Shown: one piece after another, positions 1 through 12,712 of the stretch
Layout of the letters: the number at the start of each line of letters is the position of its first letter
Position numbering within the stretch: the first letter of the stretch is position 1
DNA from: Macrostomum lignano
Lineage: Eukaryota
DNA length: 64,000 bases
Direction of reading: 5' to 3'
Assembly: GCA_002269645.1 (NCBI GenBank)
Contig: NIVC01000646.1
Coordinates: 348,636-412,635, forward strand
Made by a program: the position numbers and the translations under genes
The notes under the pieces: generated by a model
The model's database searches: none
Told to the model about the DNA's origin: nothing
What the model saw: only the letters and a program-made list of their open reading frames with translations

Positions 1-103
1 TAAGGCAATTGGCTAAGGAGTCTGCCAATCTGCGTGCTATATTAAACTCCTAAATGTACGCACCTTAAGGAGTAATTATAGGAGCAATTCGTGAATTCAA
101 ACA

Positions 104-271
104 ATGCAAGCAAACCAAAAAGTTGCGTTTGTTAAAGCGATTGCGGCTCGAAAGGACGTACTTTTCGGTGCCTTTTCGCCAACAATAACAAAAGCACTCA
201 AGACTGAAATGTGGAGAGAGGTCATCCTTGAATGTCGCCAAGAGTTGATTCTCATTGAGCCGAAATCGTGA
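104..271 (+). pseudogene. Truncated Myb/SANT-like DNA-binding protein of Harbinger element
   Basis: Manual translation MQANQKVAFVKAIAARKDVLFGAFSPTITKALKTEMWREVILEC resembles the Myb/SANT-like motif (RK.VLFG.F...IT...K...W.EI) of Harbinger ORF2; 55 aa, below ORF-track cut-off. Confidence 0.65.
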
Positions 272-376
272 CACAGTATTATATTCTTCAAAAAAGTTAA
301 TCTTCTGCTTAAATTGTCTGGGTCGTCGATCATTAGCTCCCTCATCGTCCGAGCCTAGCTCACTGTCCGAAAACAT
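240..376 (-). pseudogene. N-terminal fragment of Harbinger (HARBI1-like) transposase
   Basis: RRPRQFKQKINFFEEYNTVSRFRL resembles the RRPRxFxxRxN...RFRL N-terminus of Harbinger transposases; homology stops where the opposite-strand Myb fragment begins. Confidence 0.6.
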
Positions 377-1639
377 GAAAAAAGAAACGAATCACACGAT
401 CCTACTATAACCTAAGAGTGAAATTTGGCCCTTGAAGTCTTAACTAGGAGTTAGGAGCTAGAAATGAGTTTCGCTCCTTCTATAGGACACGCACTCCTAA
501 AACTCACTCCTAAACGGCAATTCCTAGCTCCTAGCTCCTACGCTCCGCTCCTTATTCTATAGCACGCGACAAACCTTAATGAGGTCTCCTAAATTCACCA
601 AGGAGTATCCTAACGTCCTTAAGGAGCCTCCTAGCTCTTAAAATTTACTCTTGATTCTATAGCACAGAAAAGCCAGCTAGGAGCTAGGAGTTAGGACACT
701 CTTAAGGATTTAGGAGTTAAGAGTATTCTATAGCACGGGCCCCAGATGATAGGCTAACTCGAACATCAGAGACCGCATGATTCATTACCCGAGCCGCTTG
801 GCGGACCTAGAGTGCACAGAGTACATCTCTAGCGCCGATTTTGCACTATTGGCAATTTTGCTCACTGATTTGATAGATTGATCGACTGAGAACCATCTTG
901 CCATTGGTCCACTGTGACCGGCGCCTACTAGCTTCTCTTCTCATCTGAGCCATCGGCGAGCGAAGAAATAAAACCGATAAAAATAACTGTCAGATTTAAC
1001 CTTCTTCTTAAATCAGGTCACACCTCAGATTGAATTGGAGTTTTAGACTACTAACAGTATTATTAAGTCATTTCTGCCTCGATAACAGCACTGTTGAACG
1101 AATTGAGCAAAAGTGTGCGCCTAATTCAGCTACTGAAATAGGGGACAGATAAGGGATCACCCAATCAAGCAAGTCTAGGCAGCCTCTCACCCAACCAATC
1201 AAAAACTCAACAGCCGGAGACCAGGTAATCCACAGTGACCGAATCGGCTTAGTGCTTCGCAGCTGTAGACTCGGGATGATGCCGTCACACTCTTGGCAGA
1301 TAGCTAGCAGGTGATGATCTTTAACCTTGATATTCGCTGCTGACGACCGGGGGATTCGTCCTTGATGATGATGGGGGAGTCGCGATCCGGGGATTAAGAG
1401 ACGACGGTCGCGTGTAGCAGCCGGGTGTCAGGTGACAGGTGACCGGCCAAATTGAAGTCCGAGCGGGCCAAAAAACGCCGGTTTTTATAGCCGCCAACTG
1501 GACCGCAATTTGTTATTATGGAACACCTCGATTCTGATTGGCTGAGCCGATTTGTTATACCGCACGTCGAATTTTCTGATTGGCTGAGCTTGTTGCCACC
1601 CAAACTCACGTGACCAAGAGATCCTATCAGTTCCCTCGG

Positions 1640-3466
1640 GATGCACGACAATTGACTGCCACAATTTGACTGCCGACAAAATGACTGCGAACAAAATGAC
1701 TGCGGACAAAATGACTGCGGACAAAATGACTGCGGACAAAATGACTGCGGACAAAATGACTGCCGACAAAATGACTGCGAACAAAATGACTGCGGACAAA
1801 ATGACTGCGGACAAAATGACTGCGGACAAAATGACTGCCGACAAAATGACTGCGAACAAAATGACTGCGGACAAAATGACTGCGGACAAAATGACTGCGA
1901 ACAAAATGACTGCGGACAAAATGACTGCCGACAAAATGACTGCCGACAATTTGACTGCGGACAAAATGACTGCCAACAAAATGACTGCCGACAAAATGAC
2001 TGCGGAAATTTGACTGCCGACAATATGACTGCGGCAATTTGACTGCCGACAATATGACTGCGAACAAAATGACTGCGGACAAAATGACTGCGGACAAAAT
2101 GACTGCCGACAAAATGACTGCCGACAATTTGACTGCCGTCAAAATGACTGCCAACAAAATGACTGCCGACAAAATGACTGCCAACAAAATGACTGCCGAC
2201 AAAATGACTGCGGCAATTTGACTGCCGAGCAATTTGACTGCCGACAAAATGACAGCGGCAAAGCTTGCTAGGCGCATTCTCGTTATGCAAAAGAGGAGAG
2301 AGATAAGAGAGAAGTTGAAAAAGAAGACAGGGGAAAGGAGAGATTGTAGAGATGAGAGAGATGAAAGGAGAGATGAGAGATGAGAGATGAAGGCGGAGAG
2401 AGCAGAGTGCAGAGAGACGAGAGAAGTGAATAAAGGGGAGAGAGTATAGAAGAGGGAAAAGAAGAGGACTAAGGAAAGAGAGGAGTCAGAAGAGGGGAAA
2501 GAGTGAAGTGACAGGTACACAGGAGTGAAGAGTAAAGATGAGAGGGGGATGAGAGAGCAAAGATGAGAGTCAGAGAGTGAACACGATATATGAGAGGAGA
2601 GAGGAGAGCGCAGAGAGAGAAGAGAAAAGACAAGAGAGGGAGAGACTATAGAAGAAAGAAGAGAAGAAAAGAAAAGGCAAGAAAGGAGAAAGGAAAGAGA
2701 GGAGTCAAAAGAGGGGAAAGAGAAGAGTACAGAGGAGAGAGGTGAGAGAACATACCAGTATAAGAGAGTAAAGATGACAGATGAGAGAGGGGAGATGAGA
2801 GAGCAGAGACGAGAGAGAAGTGAGAAAACAGAAGAGAAGATAGAAGGTTCAAAGGATGCAAGGGACATAGGGATCGAGAGGCAGAAGTAGAGGCCAGAGT
2901 TTTTCTGACATTCTGCGCCGCACCCCAGCCAACAATATCAATAGTTTGCCTCCAATCCTAATTTTACACGAATGTAATCTATGTTATGTTTAACTCTAAT
3001 AATAAAAGTTTTTGCTTGAGTTTAACTTTAGATTTTAGAATATATGCAGTTCCTAAGATTGGAATTCCTATTTCCCACTGTTCAAAATCCGCGGGTTTCA
3101 ACAGCTGTTACAGCTTGTTGTATAAAGGTAGTGTTCTGTTCTGCATCATTCTAGCTCGTAAATACAATATTTCACTACATGCATAGACTTAAAAGGGTTG
3201 ACAGAGTGCTAAACTTTAGGAGCATCATTTTTCCGGCAGTCATTTCGCTGGCAGTCAATTGCTCGGCAGTCAAATTGCCGCAGTCATATTGTCGGCAGTC
3301 AAATTGCCGCAGTCATATTGTCGGCAGTCAAATTTCCGCAGTCATTTTGTCCGCAGTCAAATTGTCGGCAGTCATTTTGTCGGCAGTCATTTATTTTGTC
3401 GGCAGTCAAATTGACCGCAGTCAAATTGTGGCAGTCAAATTGTGGCAGTCAATTGTCGTAGACCCG
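1640..3466. mobile_element. Non-autonomous foldback-type (MULE-like) element with arrayed 15-bp subterminal repeats
   Basis: Left end ACGACAATTGACTGCCACAATTTGACTGCC is the inverted repeat of the right end; ~40 copies of AAAATGACTGCGGAC at 1650-2260 and inverted copies at 3228-3460; 9-bp flanks TTCCCTCGG (1631-1639) and TTTCCTCGG (3467-3475), one mismatch; no transposase inside. Confidence 0.75.
2290..2880. repeat. GA-rich low-complexity tract inside the foldback element
   Basis: Almost purely purine on + strand, with an internal degenerate duplication (~2473-2560 vs ~2692-2810). Confidence 0.8.
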
Positions 3467-4126
3467 TTTCCTCGGGGCCATAAAAATACGACAGGTGCGG
3501 TCATAAATCACTCAAAATCGCTACATAATGATTTATGACCTTTCGCGTAGAAATGACAAAATTTAATGAAAAAATATACATTAGAAAGCTCTTATTGAGT
3601 AGAAAGTAAAGATAATGAAGAGAAATTGCTAATCGCTAATCTCAACATACTTTTAGGGGTAAAACGCATAGCTCTCAAAGCTGTCACACGCTTGAGTAAA
3701 CACGAACAATAGGCCCTGACCTCATAAATCTTGATGGCCTGTTGAAATGATGAGAAAAAAGCCACCTCTCAGACCATCCTCCGCATTGATTGGCGCCAGC
3801 CTCCGCATTGAGTGAGGCGCAGGTGGCTGTCAGTCAGACGCAATGATTTATGACCCAAAAGCAGCTAAAAAACCGCGCCTGTGTTACAAGTATGGCAGAT
3901 TAATATAGCTACAGAAGTCCTACTAGTATGAATTCTAGAAAAATTGCAAAAGAGGGAGAAAAACGCCCATAGCCTGCTGTGAGCGTGAAATTTGAAAAAA
4001 GTGCGTCCTCATCACATGCTTATCGTTCACCTTCAAGTACATGTACGTACATGTAAGCCTAGCTCTGCTTGTTCGTTTCTATTGGATCGTGTGCATGGAA
4101 AATAACGAAGCAAAACCATTAAACTT

Positions 4127-4233
4127 AAAAACATACGCGGACAAGTATTTTGACTCAGTGGACAAAAACATACGTGGACAAGTATTTTGACTCAGTGGAC
4201 AAAAACATACGTGGACAAGTATTTTGACTCAGT
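4127..4233. repeat. 37-bp tandem repeat, 3 copies
   Basis: AAAAACATACGTGGACAAGTATTTTGACTCAGTGGAC with period 37. Confidence 0.9.
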
Positions 4234-5057
4234 ACGGGATTTAGGGGGGAGGGCGCCCCCTTTGCGTTTGATTTCTTAAACTTTTACATGGGCTATTTTA
4301 TAAAACGTTATCGAAAGCATACCTTAATTAGTATAGTCTTGCCCCCATTCAAAATTTTCTGGATCCTCACCTGGTTGGACTAGTTAGCTAAAAGCTGATT
4401 GTTCCTCAGTATTTAGGAAAATGCATGGCGAAAATGTGCAAAACCTTTTGTCTGACCCCACATGACCCACGAAAAATGCAGGTAGTTGAGCATATTTGCT
4501 TTAGTTTTCCTTGAGTTTATGTCGTCGTTTGGCATATATTTTATATTTGGTGAAGCAAGAAGAAAGATTTAAATCAGTCTTGATCCTTTAAAAATAAAAT
4601 TAAGCGGCTTCATTCATTGAATCGTTAGCTATGAGTGAAACTAGGCGCTGCTTCATCTACCGCAAGAACGGCCTCGACGCGGCCAAGGCCGTGGTACGCT
4701 GCCACGCTGATCCAGACTATGACTGACGACCGCAGCGACCTTGATCTGACCCCGAGTGACACTGCACTCTGCCCCTATGAGCTGTTAACTTTAGAGCAGT
4801 TAAGCACCATACTATTTGACAATATGCAGTTTTATGCTCTACTAGCTCTTTTAATTACTACTGGATTATGTAGCTCTTTGACCTAAATTGTGTTTTAGAT
4901 TACTAAATATATTGTGCATTATTATTATTCTATCTTATACTTATATCTAAAGTGCTAAGTAGATCAATCAACTGGCTGGTTTAATGTGTATCTCCTAGAT
5001 GGCTAGCAATTCAAATGTGGGACTTATATATCAATGCAGAATTTTCCTACTCAACAA

Positions 5058-5961
5058 TAGGGATTCTGGGATCCCGGGATTGGGGCCAAAAATCTGGGAT
5101 TTGAATCCCGGGATTTTTTTGGGAATCGAATCCCGGGATTTTTTTAATCCTGGGATTGCAAAAGTCCGGGATTGGGATCCCGGGATTTCAAGGCCTTAAT
5201 CCCGGGATTGGTCCTGGATTAGAACAACCTTTCAATGCCTAAATTAGATAATTTAAAGTCTAAACGTTTATTTGAATAATAAAACATTTATTTGTTTTTG
5301 CTGTTTCTTAATGAAACGTTAAACATTTGCAAAGCTCCTGTCCTAATTGAGCTAAAAATTGTTAATGTGAACTGTAAATGATAGATAATTTTAACTTTTT
5401 TTCTTTTTCCACCATGAGACGAGACTGAGGGCCTTTTCATATTGCTTGTTCTGGTTCCAGAACCAGAACCAATTTGTGAAGTATAACTTTTTGTCTCCAT
5501 AACTAGAGGTAGATACATGCTATAAAGTTTTTATTATTGAATGACAATCGCCAAGAAGAAAGTGAAAAATCGTGCAAAGTGAGGCTGTTAAGGCAGTCAA
5601 ATATTAATAGAGTTTAATAGTTATACTGTTGTTTTTCTTGGAATTCCGAACCGATTCTGGTTTTAGAATTGGTAATATGAAAAGGCCCTGAGACTCTGAG
5701 AGTCACAAGACCATGACTACTGCATGCGGCATGCCACACAGTCTGTCTTAGGGATTCCAATCCCGGGATCCCGGGATTGGGGCTAAAAATCCGGGATTTG
5801 AATCCCGGGATTTTTTTGGGAATCAAATCCCGGGATTTTTAATCCTGGGATTGCAAAAGCACCGGGATTCTGAGATTTTGAATCCTGGGATTTCAACAGC
5901 ATCGGGATTTCGGGACTATTCAATCCCGGGATTATAAAATGTCAGGAATTTGGAATCCCTA
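5058..5961. mobile_element. Non-autonomous hAT element (904 bp) with duplicated left end
   Basis: TIRs TAGGGATTC...GAATCCCTA; perfect 8-bp TSD CTCAACAA at 5050-5057 and 5962-5969; subterminal ATCCCGGGAT palindromes; second left end at 5749. Confidence 0.85.
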
Positions 5962-6959
5962 CTCAACAAGTAGGCTATTTTACTTAATGTTGAAAACTAA
6001 AAAAGTTAAGTCTGTTAAAAAAAGTAGAAAACACTTTTTGTAACCTTCTTTGGCCACTTTTTCTACTGAGAACTAAATATTTGCAATAATTTTAAGTGAT
6101 TGTATCACAACTTTTTCCTATCTTGGCAGAATGGCAGTGTATTATCTCTCTAGTGGAGGGGTGGCGGCATTCTCAGTGGCTGTGTGTGTACATTCTGACC
6201 TTAGCTAACTGGCCAACTGTATAGACAATTGCTAAATTTATAGATTTCACTCAACTGCACATTGGCTAACTATGCATAATTTGTGGGGTAGTGGGCAAGA
6301 AGCGCAATGATTTACAACTGTGTCAAGATTCAATTGCTTTTTTTATTGGCGCCTTTCAATGTGTATTAGTTATGCAGTTAAATTCAATGAATAAACTTGC
6401 AAGCCTTTTACTATAATATAGGCTTACAAATGAATGTATACTCAATACTTCAATGCTTTAAAATTTGGAAATTTCAAATAATACTAACTACTCCTCAAGT
6501 TTTAAACTTTGAGAGGAGAGAGACTTATATTGCTAGAAAGTTCCTGCAACACTGAGTTTAGAGATATCAGTTGTTTGCTTTAAATATGAAAATAGAAAGC
6601 ACATCATTCAAAATACTATTTCTATACTTTTAACTTTCTGCAAAGATTATACTCACTTTTGCAAGATGTAATAGATAAATGTTGGGGGGGTTCAACTTCT
6701 AACTGCCGCTGTGTATTGGAAGGGGGTTGGTTGCTATGTATTAGAGGGTTGATTTAGATTGTGTAACCATTTTGTTAGCTTTAATGAAGACTGATACTGA
6801 CTGACAGAGAAATAGATTATGCCATCAATTGGTTCAATTTTTTTTATTTTCGGCACCTTTTAATAGGCTGCTCTATATATCCCTAACCCTAACCACTGAT
6901 TTCAATTTCAATTTATTAGTATTGATTGACGGAGATAATATTGTTAGATATTGTTTAAC

Positions 6960-7215
6960 AGAGGAGATTTTGATAGAATTCAGTTTCATGAAGAGCATTT
7001 GATAAAGTTCTGTTTCATGGAGAGGATTTTGATAGTGCTCTGTTTCATGGAGGGGATTTCTATTTCACAGATAGAATTTTGATAAAGTTCTAGTTTATGG
7101 ATAGGATTTTGATAAATTTCTATTTCACAAATAGGATTTTGATAAAGTTCTATTTCACAGATGGGATTTTGATAAATTTCTGTTTTACAGATAGGATTTT
7201 GGTAAAGTTCTATTT
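6960..7215. repeat. Degenerate ~29-bp tandem repeat
   Basis: Recurring GGATTTTGATAAAGTTCTATTTCACAGATA units. Confidence 0.65.
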
Positions 7216-8247
7216 TGGTTCTGTTTAAAGCTCTGGTCTTGGGATTCAGCTGATAGATTTCAGGGAATGGAGTTCTGGCAATGGGAGTTCTAACCCCTTC
7301 TCTTCCAATGGAGGAGTTGGTCTTGTGACTATATAATACTCAAAATTATTTCTGTAGCATATATTTTAAAAAATACTAATAAAAGTTAAAACCAAAACTT
7401 TGCTAGAATGATTATATTTATAGGGTTGAGAACATCAAGCCTTTGTTTAAAAATAAATTGTTTTTAAAAGTATCATTTCTAAATTTTCAGTATAAAATTT
7501 GAAATATAAGTCAATTGTGTATTATAACTATTATTATATGCATTTTATTTTTATATCATTTTTAGGTAATAAAGCCAAGAAATATTAGTTCATTCTTTAT
7601 TTCAATGTCTATTTCAATCAAATACATTTTTTCTATCAAAGGTCATGCAGGAGTTAAGTGGCTATAATCTTAAGGCACTTCTTTGCCAAGGAAAATCTGA
7701 ATATATATACATGTATAGCAGTAGTATCAATTGACAGTTATTCTATTTTAATTTTAATTTTTCTACAGTACACTTAGCTAGCTGACAATGCATACCTTAT
7801 ACTTAAGTTTAAGTTATATATTTGTTGTATTATTAACAAAAGGGATAGGGGTTAATTAGACTATTTGACAGATAGCTTATAAAAGTATATCTGACTAAAA
7901 CCTTGGTTAGATCAATAAATTAGACCTAAAAAGACTTGTTGCCAAATTTGCCTAGATTATTGCCAAATTTGCTTTTGCTAAATTTGTCCATGGTAAATTT
8001 CTATTGCCAAAATTGTTTGTTGCCAAATTTAAATGTGCATTTAAATAGTCAAAGTAGAATATATTATTTGCAATGTTAAAAAGTAACTTGGCACTTGTTT
8101 TAGTAGTGAATAGCACTATTTTTGAAAAAAGTAACTTCCATTCTTCCATTACTAGTCTTTTCTAATTCTAAAGAACCAAATAATTAAAAAGTGATTAAAT
8201 ATTTCTTTGTACAAAGAGCAAAAATGTTCGTTGGTCTAGAATTAAAC

Positions 8248-8536
8248 GGTAATGGCTAGAGTTCCGGCACCGGAACCCGTTTTCTAACAGCTAGGGATCT
8301 GGCAGTGCCATATAGAAGCATATAAAGACTGCTAAGAACATATCTAAGAATTCTGGATATTAGAAGCATCTCGTCCTGAATCTTATCATATTGTCTTAAA
8401 TTTTAATCTAGAACAAAATCTCAATATCAGCCACATGTAAAAAGAAAAATATAATGTTTCATCTATATTATAATGGCACTGCCGGATCCGTAGCCATTTG
8501 AAAATGGGTTCCGGTGCCGGAACTCTAGCCATTGCC
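8248..8536. mobile_element. MULE-type MITE (289 bp)
   Basis: ~65-bp imperfect TIRs starting GGTAATGGCTAGAGTTCCGGCACCGGAACCC; perfect 9-bp TSD GAATTAAAC at 8239-8247 and 8537-8545. Confidence 0.85.
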
Positions 8537-9630
8537 GAATTAAACATGCAGTTCTTCTTCAAATAAAAATGCTAAAATGATATTATTATCACATCCAATA
8601 TTTGAATAAATTAGTAAAAACCTTTAGAAAACAATGAATAATCTGATTAGTGCCTTTGCAGTAAATATAATTAGCCTCAAAAGAGTTAATAGTCATAAAA
8701 CACTCTTACTGCATGTAATCCTGCGCAAACAAAATATTGAAATGAAAGAATAAGCCTCCATTAAAATTTCTACAAATCACAAGTGTAGCTTCTGCATTAT
8801 CTGCATTATTTGGGTTGAACAAAACAATTTATAAGCAAAAGAAACAAATGAAGCACAAAAGGAGAATACTTGTCAATCTTCAAAGAAAAATTAATTGTAT
8901 ACCTTTTTGGGGTACAGAGTTAAGTTTGGCTAAAATGTATCAAAGCCTAAAGAAATTGCCCAATTAATATTCTTTGTATTTTGCTAGACTTGTCTATTTT
9001 TATAACTTGTTTAAGTATTAGTTATCAAAATTTCTTCAATATCATTTATAAAGCCCACATAGAAAAAAATGCAAGGCATATATTGGAACAGAAGGTTATA
9101 GGTATGGATATAGGGAGAAGATATCTAACATAGGAACTATATTTAAGTGCACTTTAGATTTTGATTGCAACATGATTTGCCACTTAGCCCTAAAGGTTTA
9201 ATCCTATAATTAAGGTTGTGTATTTTATTAGAAATGTTTATTTTCTCAAAGCAAGTTTACTCACTGTTGGGCACAATGCTAAAAAAAGTATCAGTGAAAG
9301 CCAATACTCCAATACCCTTTCTAAAAAAAGTATTACCAATACCTGAAAGTCCAATACCCAAATTTGAGTATCAGTGATACCCCAATTCCAATATTCTATT
9401 CTAATACCCTGTCTTACAAAAAGAATTGCTTAACAAAAAATGCATATAATTCAAGCTTCTTAGACCTTTTCCTTTGTTTTTCGGGTGAATGAAGCAAGCT
9501 TAGCACTGTTTTTAATGATAAAGCCTTCAATAAAAAAAATAAAATTAACAAATGAAAACCAATAGTTACCATTATAGTTAATCATTAACTACTTATTAGA
9601 ACATTAGAACAACATTAGAACAACAATTAG

Positions 9631-10254
9631 ACGGCGCTCCCGAAGTGCCTTCAGTTCGTCTACCTCGGCGGACTGGTGCCGGACGTCGGTGACGACCTAG
9701 CGAGACGGCGCGGCAAGGCCTGGGCTGCCTTCCGATCTGTGCGGGCGGTGCTGCTCTCCGAGGCCCTGTCCGACGGCGCCAGGTCCCAGCTGTTCCAGGC
9801 GGTTGTTGAGACCGCCCTGCTGTACAATGCTGAGACCTGGACGCTGACCGGGGCGCTTGAGGCGCAGCTCGACGCGGCGCATGCGGCCCTAGTCCGCGCC
9901 GCTTTCGGCGCCCGCCGCGGCCCTGGCAGCGAGACAACCGAGTCCCTGTACAAACGCACAGGCCTGACGCGGCCTTCTGCCCTGCTGAGTCAGCGGCGCC
10001 TGCGGCTTGCCGGACATGTCATCCGGGCCGAAGCCTACTGCCCAGAGCCGCTGCAGGACGTCCTGCTGTGGACCCCGCAGGGACCGCGCAGGCGTGGTCA
10101 GGGACGATCAGCCCGCTACGTCGACCGCCTTTTTGAAGATGCGCGAGCACCCAGCCAGACGGCCGGTGTGAAGCACATTAGAGACCTGGCTCTGAAACGC
10201 GCGATTTGACGCTCCCCCCTCTTGGCCACTCCCGTGGCTGGCGTGGGGCGTAAC

Positions 10255-10296
<42 letters not shown>
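9631..10296 (+). mobile_element. 5'-truncated non-LTR retrotransposon (LINE), reverse transcriptase C-terminal part
   Basis: Frame 9631-10209 reads LQFVYLGG...LARRRGKAWAAF...QLFQAVVETALLYNAETWTL...RRLRLAGHVIR, typical of the end of LINE RT ORFs; (TTA)n tail 10252-10296; TSD TACTTATTAG at 9590-9599 and 10297-10306. Confidence 0.9.
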
Positions 10297-10299
<3 letters not shown>

Positions 10300-11992
10300 T
10301 TATTAGCCTCTGTAGTTATTTTTCTTTATATATATTAGTACTGTTATACTGTTAGTATAGTGTGGCAGCCTGTCAGTCTGCAATTGATGCACTTGCATGC
10401 TTAATCTCGGTCTTGTTTTTTTGGGTTGGGTGCATTTACATGTACATTTAGTCAGCTAGCCAGACCAAATGCTCTAAGCCAAGGTATAGACTTTAAAATC
10501 TCTGATTGGGCAACACCTTGCCATTCTATTCTTTACATATGTAAACCCAAGTAAATCATGTCACTTCTCTTTAATTCCCTTTACTCAACTTGGCCTTGCC
10601 CAATATATACACCCAAAATAGTGCATTTATTTATTTATTGCTAAGTGTTTACATGTATGCATCATTCACTAAATTGGTTCTATTACTAGTGTAGTACTTG
10701 TGTATATACTAAATTGTAGAAATTGTAGACTTAATTGGCAATCAGTGGCTGATAGTGACAATGTTGCAATACTTGCAGCATGATAATTGAATAAATAATA
10801 TCATTTTGATGATACTTACTAATTACTAATTGAAAAAGTATATATGGCACAGGCAATTTTTAAAAGTTCTAAAAACTGGTTTTAAGGTTGAAAGTAATAA
10901 CTATTTCAGAGTCATTACCTAAAAGTGAAGGATTTATCATTACTTTCTATAAAATTATGCAACTATTTCATTCATTTTAACAAATTTTGATTGTTTGCAG
11001 GCTCAAAATTTAAAAAAATATTGGACTATCAGACTATCAGGAAAATTTGAAATGTATTGGAAGTTACCAAAGTCTGATACTATCATAAAAGTATTAGCTT
11101 CTAATACTCCAATACCCAGAATGTATTGCTAATAGTATTAGAATATCAGAGTATTAGAATTATGTCTAAGACTGAATTTACTCAATATGATATTGTCATT
11201 TTTTAGTTTTTTTATCTTATATATATTGATATATAAGGTATCTAATTATTGTAATTTTTGGTAAAAGCAAATAACAATTAGAAAATAAAAACATTCTAAA
11301 TACTTTAAAGTTTAAGAAATCTAATATTATCAAAAAATAGAATAGTTTAAGTCAGCAATCAAACTTATAGCTTATACTTGTAGGATATATATTTGGTTAG
11401 TTGGATTAGCTAAGTTTATTTTATTATATAATATTAGTTTCTTTTAAATCAAATGATATTAGTTAGTATTCTATAAATCGTTTTTTCTTTAGCATCCTAA
11501 ATTAAGACCTGGCATACCAAATGTACTACAATTTTGATACTTAAAAACCTAACCTAAAAGTAATCTATATTGCAATAGCAATGTGTAATTGTTATTGTAT
11601 TAAACAATAGACTTTAGTGCTAGACTATTTTATATAATTTACTTTGATACACCTAATAATAAGATGGTTAAGATAGTTATTTTTTATTTGTTAACTAATT
11701 CTAACATTGCTTTTATATTTATTATCAAGTGGTGCTTGACTTTTTCATTTAAATAAATAAACTAGATATTAAATTGGCATCTTAAACTCCAAATTCAAGA
11801 TGCAAATTTAGAATCTCATAGGCCATGGCACATTTATTGTTGCAAAAAACTAGTCAAGGCTATGGCTTCTTACTAAATTATTCATATTATTTTTCCTAGT
11901 TATAGCCATAAGTGCAGTCTTCTATTGGCATATCTATAGCTATCATAGGTAATTATTATACTGTAATTTATCTATAAGCAGCTATAGCCATT

Positions 11993-12298
11993 GGGGGTTG
12001 TAGCCTAGTGGTTAGAGCGTCGGACTCACAACTTGAAGGTTGTGGGTTCGATTCCCAATCCCACTGGAACAATTTGTGTCCTTGAGCAAGACACTCAACT
12101 CTGCATTGCTTCAGTTCATCTAGCTGTAAAATGGGTGCCAGCATTCAATGGGGTAATTAAGGGTGTGTGGCGACCCCCCAGTTCTTGGACTGAACAGCCG
12201 TACATAGCCTTCAGATGCGCCGCGCAATAGCTGCGGCTGAGCGGTCGGTTGCACATGTGCCCAATAGGGCAGGTGTGATCAGTAATCAATTATTATGA
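11993..12298 (+). mobile_element. tRNA-derived SINE, copy 1
   Basis: Pol III A box (TAGCCTAGTGG) and B box (GGTTCGATTCC), central GTGTCCTTGAGCAAGACACT CORE-like motif, ATT-rich tail; second copy at 46000. Confidence 0.85.
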
Positions 12299-12712
12299 TT
12301 AGTATATGTTGCATAATGGAAAACTAATTTAGGTATTGTGCAATTTTAAGAGAACATACTATGTAGTGTGCATTGTGTCAAACACAGCACACAGCACACT
12401 AGATATAGAAGTGAGCAGACTTTTCTTGGATATGTATTGTCACTGTACATAAAGAATATGACAATATGATTCTATTTATAGTCTATTTCAACTTGTCGAG
12501 ACAGTGGACTATTGTTGTACTTACTTAATACTAATTTTAAGTTGCAAGTACTTAGGCCAGTACTCGTCAGGTTTCTAAAAATAGAACATTACTAAATGAG
12601 TTCATGATTCTTTTTGGCCCAAGTTTATTCGCTAAATAAGTTCTTTTTAAATTAAATTTTTCAGTTTTAAATTCTGCAAAAATAAGACTCAGAGCTGCTG
12701 AACTTCTCGATC

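Larger units (their letters stand above)
1..742. mobile_element. PIF/Harbinger DNA transposon, internally deleted derivative (left end outside window)
   Basis: Right terminus reads GGGCCCGTGCTATAGAAT on the - strand (ends ~742, followed by CAG); subterminal TTCTATAGCAC motif repeated at ~556, ~656, ~726; contains convergent fragments of both Harbinger ORFs. Confidence 0.75.

Noticed and set aside
1394-2868. Long ORFs (MTADK, SAVIL, SHFVG repeats)
   Set aside because: Translations of the 15-bp arm repeats and the GA tract.
4231-4375. Possible decayed GGATTTAGGGGG...GGATCC MITE
   Set aside because: Ends too degenerate and no TSD found.
6888-6905. CCCTAACCCTAACC telomere-like motif
   Set aside because: Only two units; expected by chance.
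9285-11170. CAATAC-rich patches at ~9290-9410 and ~11020-11165 resembling old hAT subterminal repeats
   Set aside because: No clear TIR or TSD could be defined.
11993-12065. tRNA gene
   Set aside because: A and B boxes present but no closed cloverleaf; continues into a SINE body repeated at 46000.
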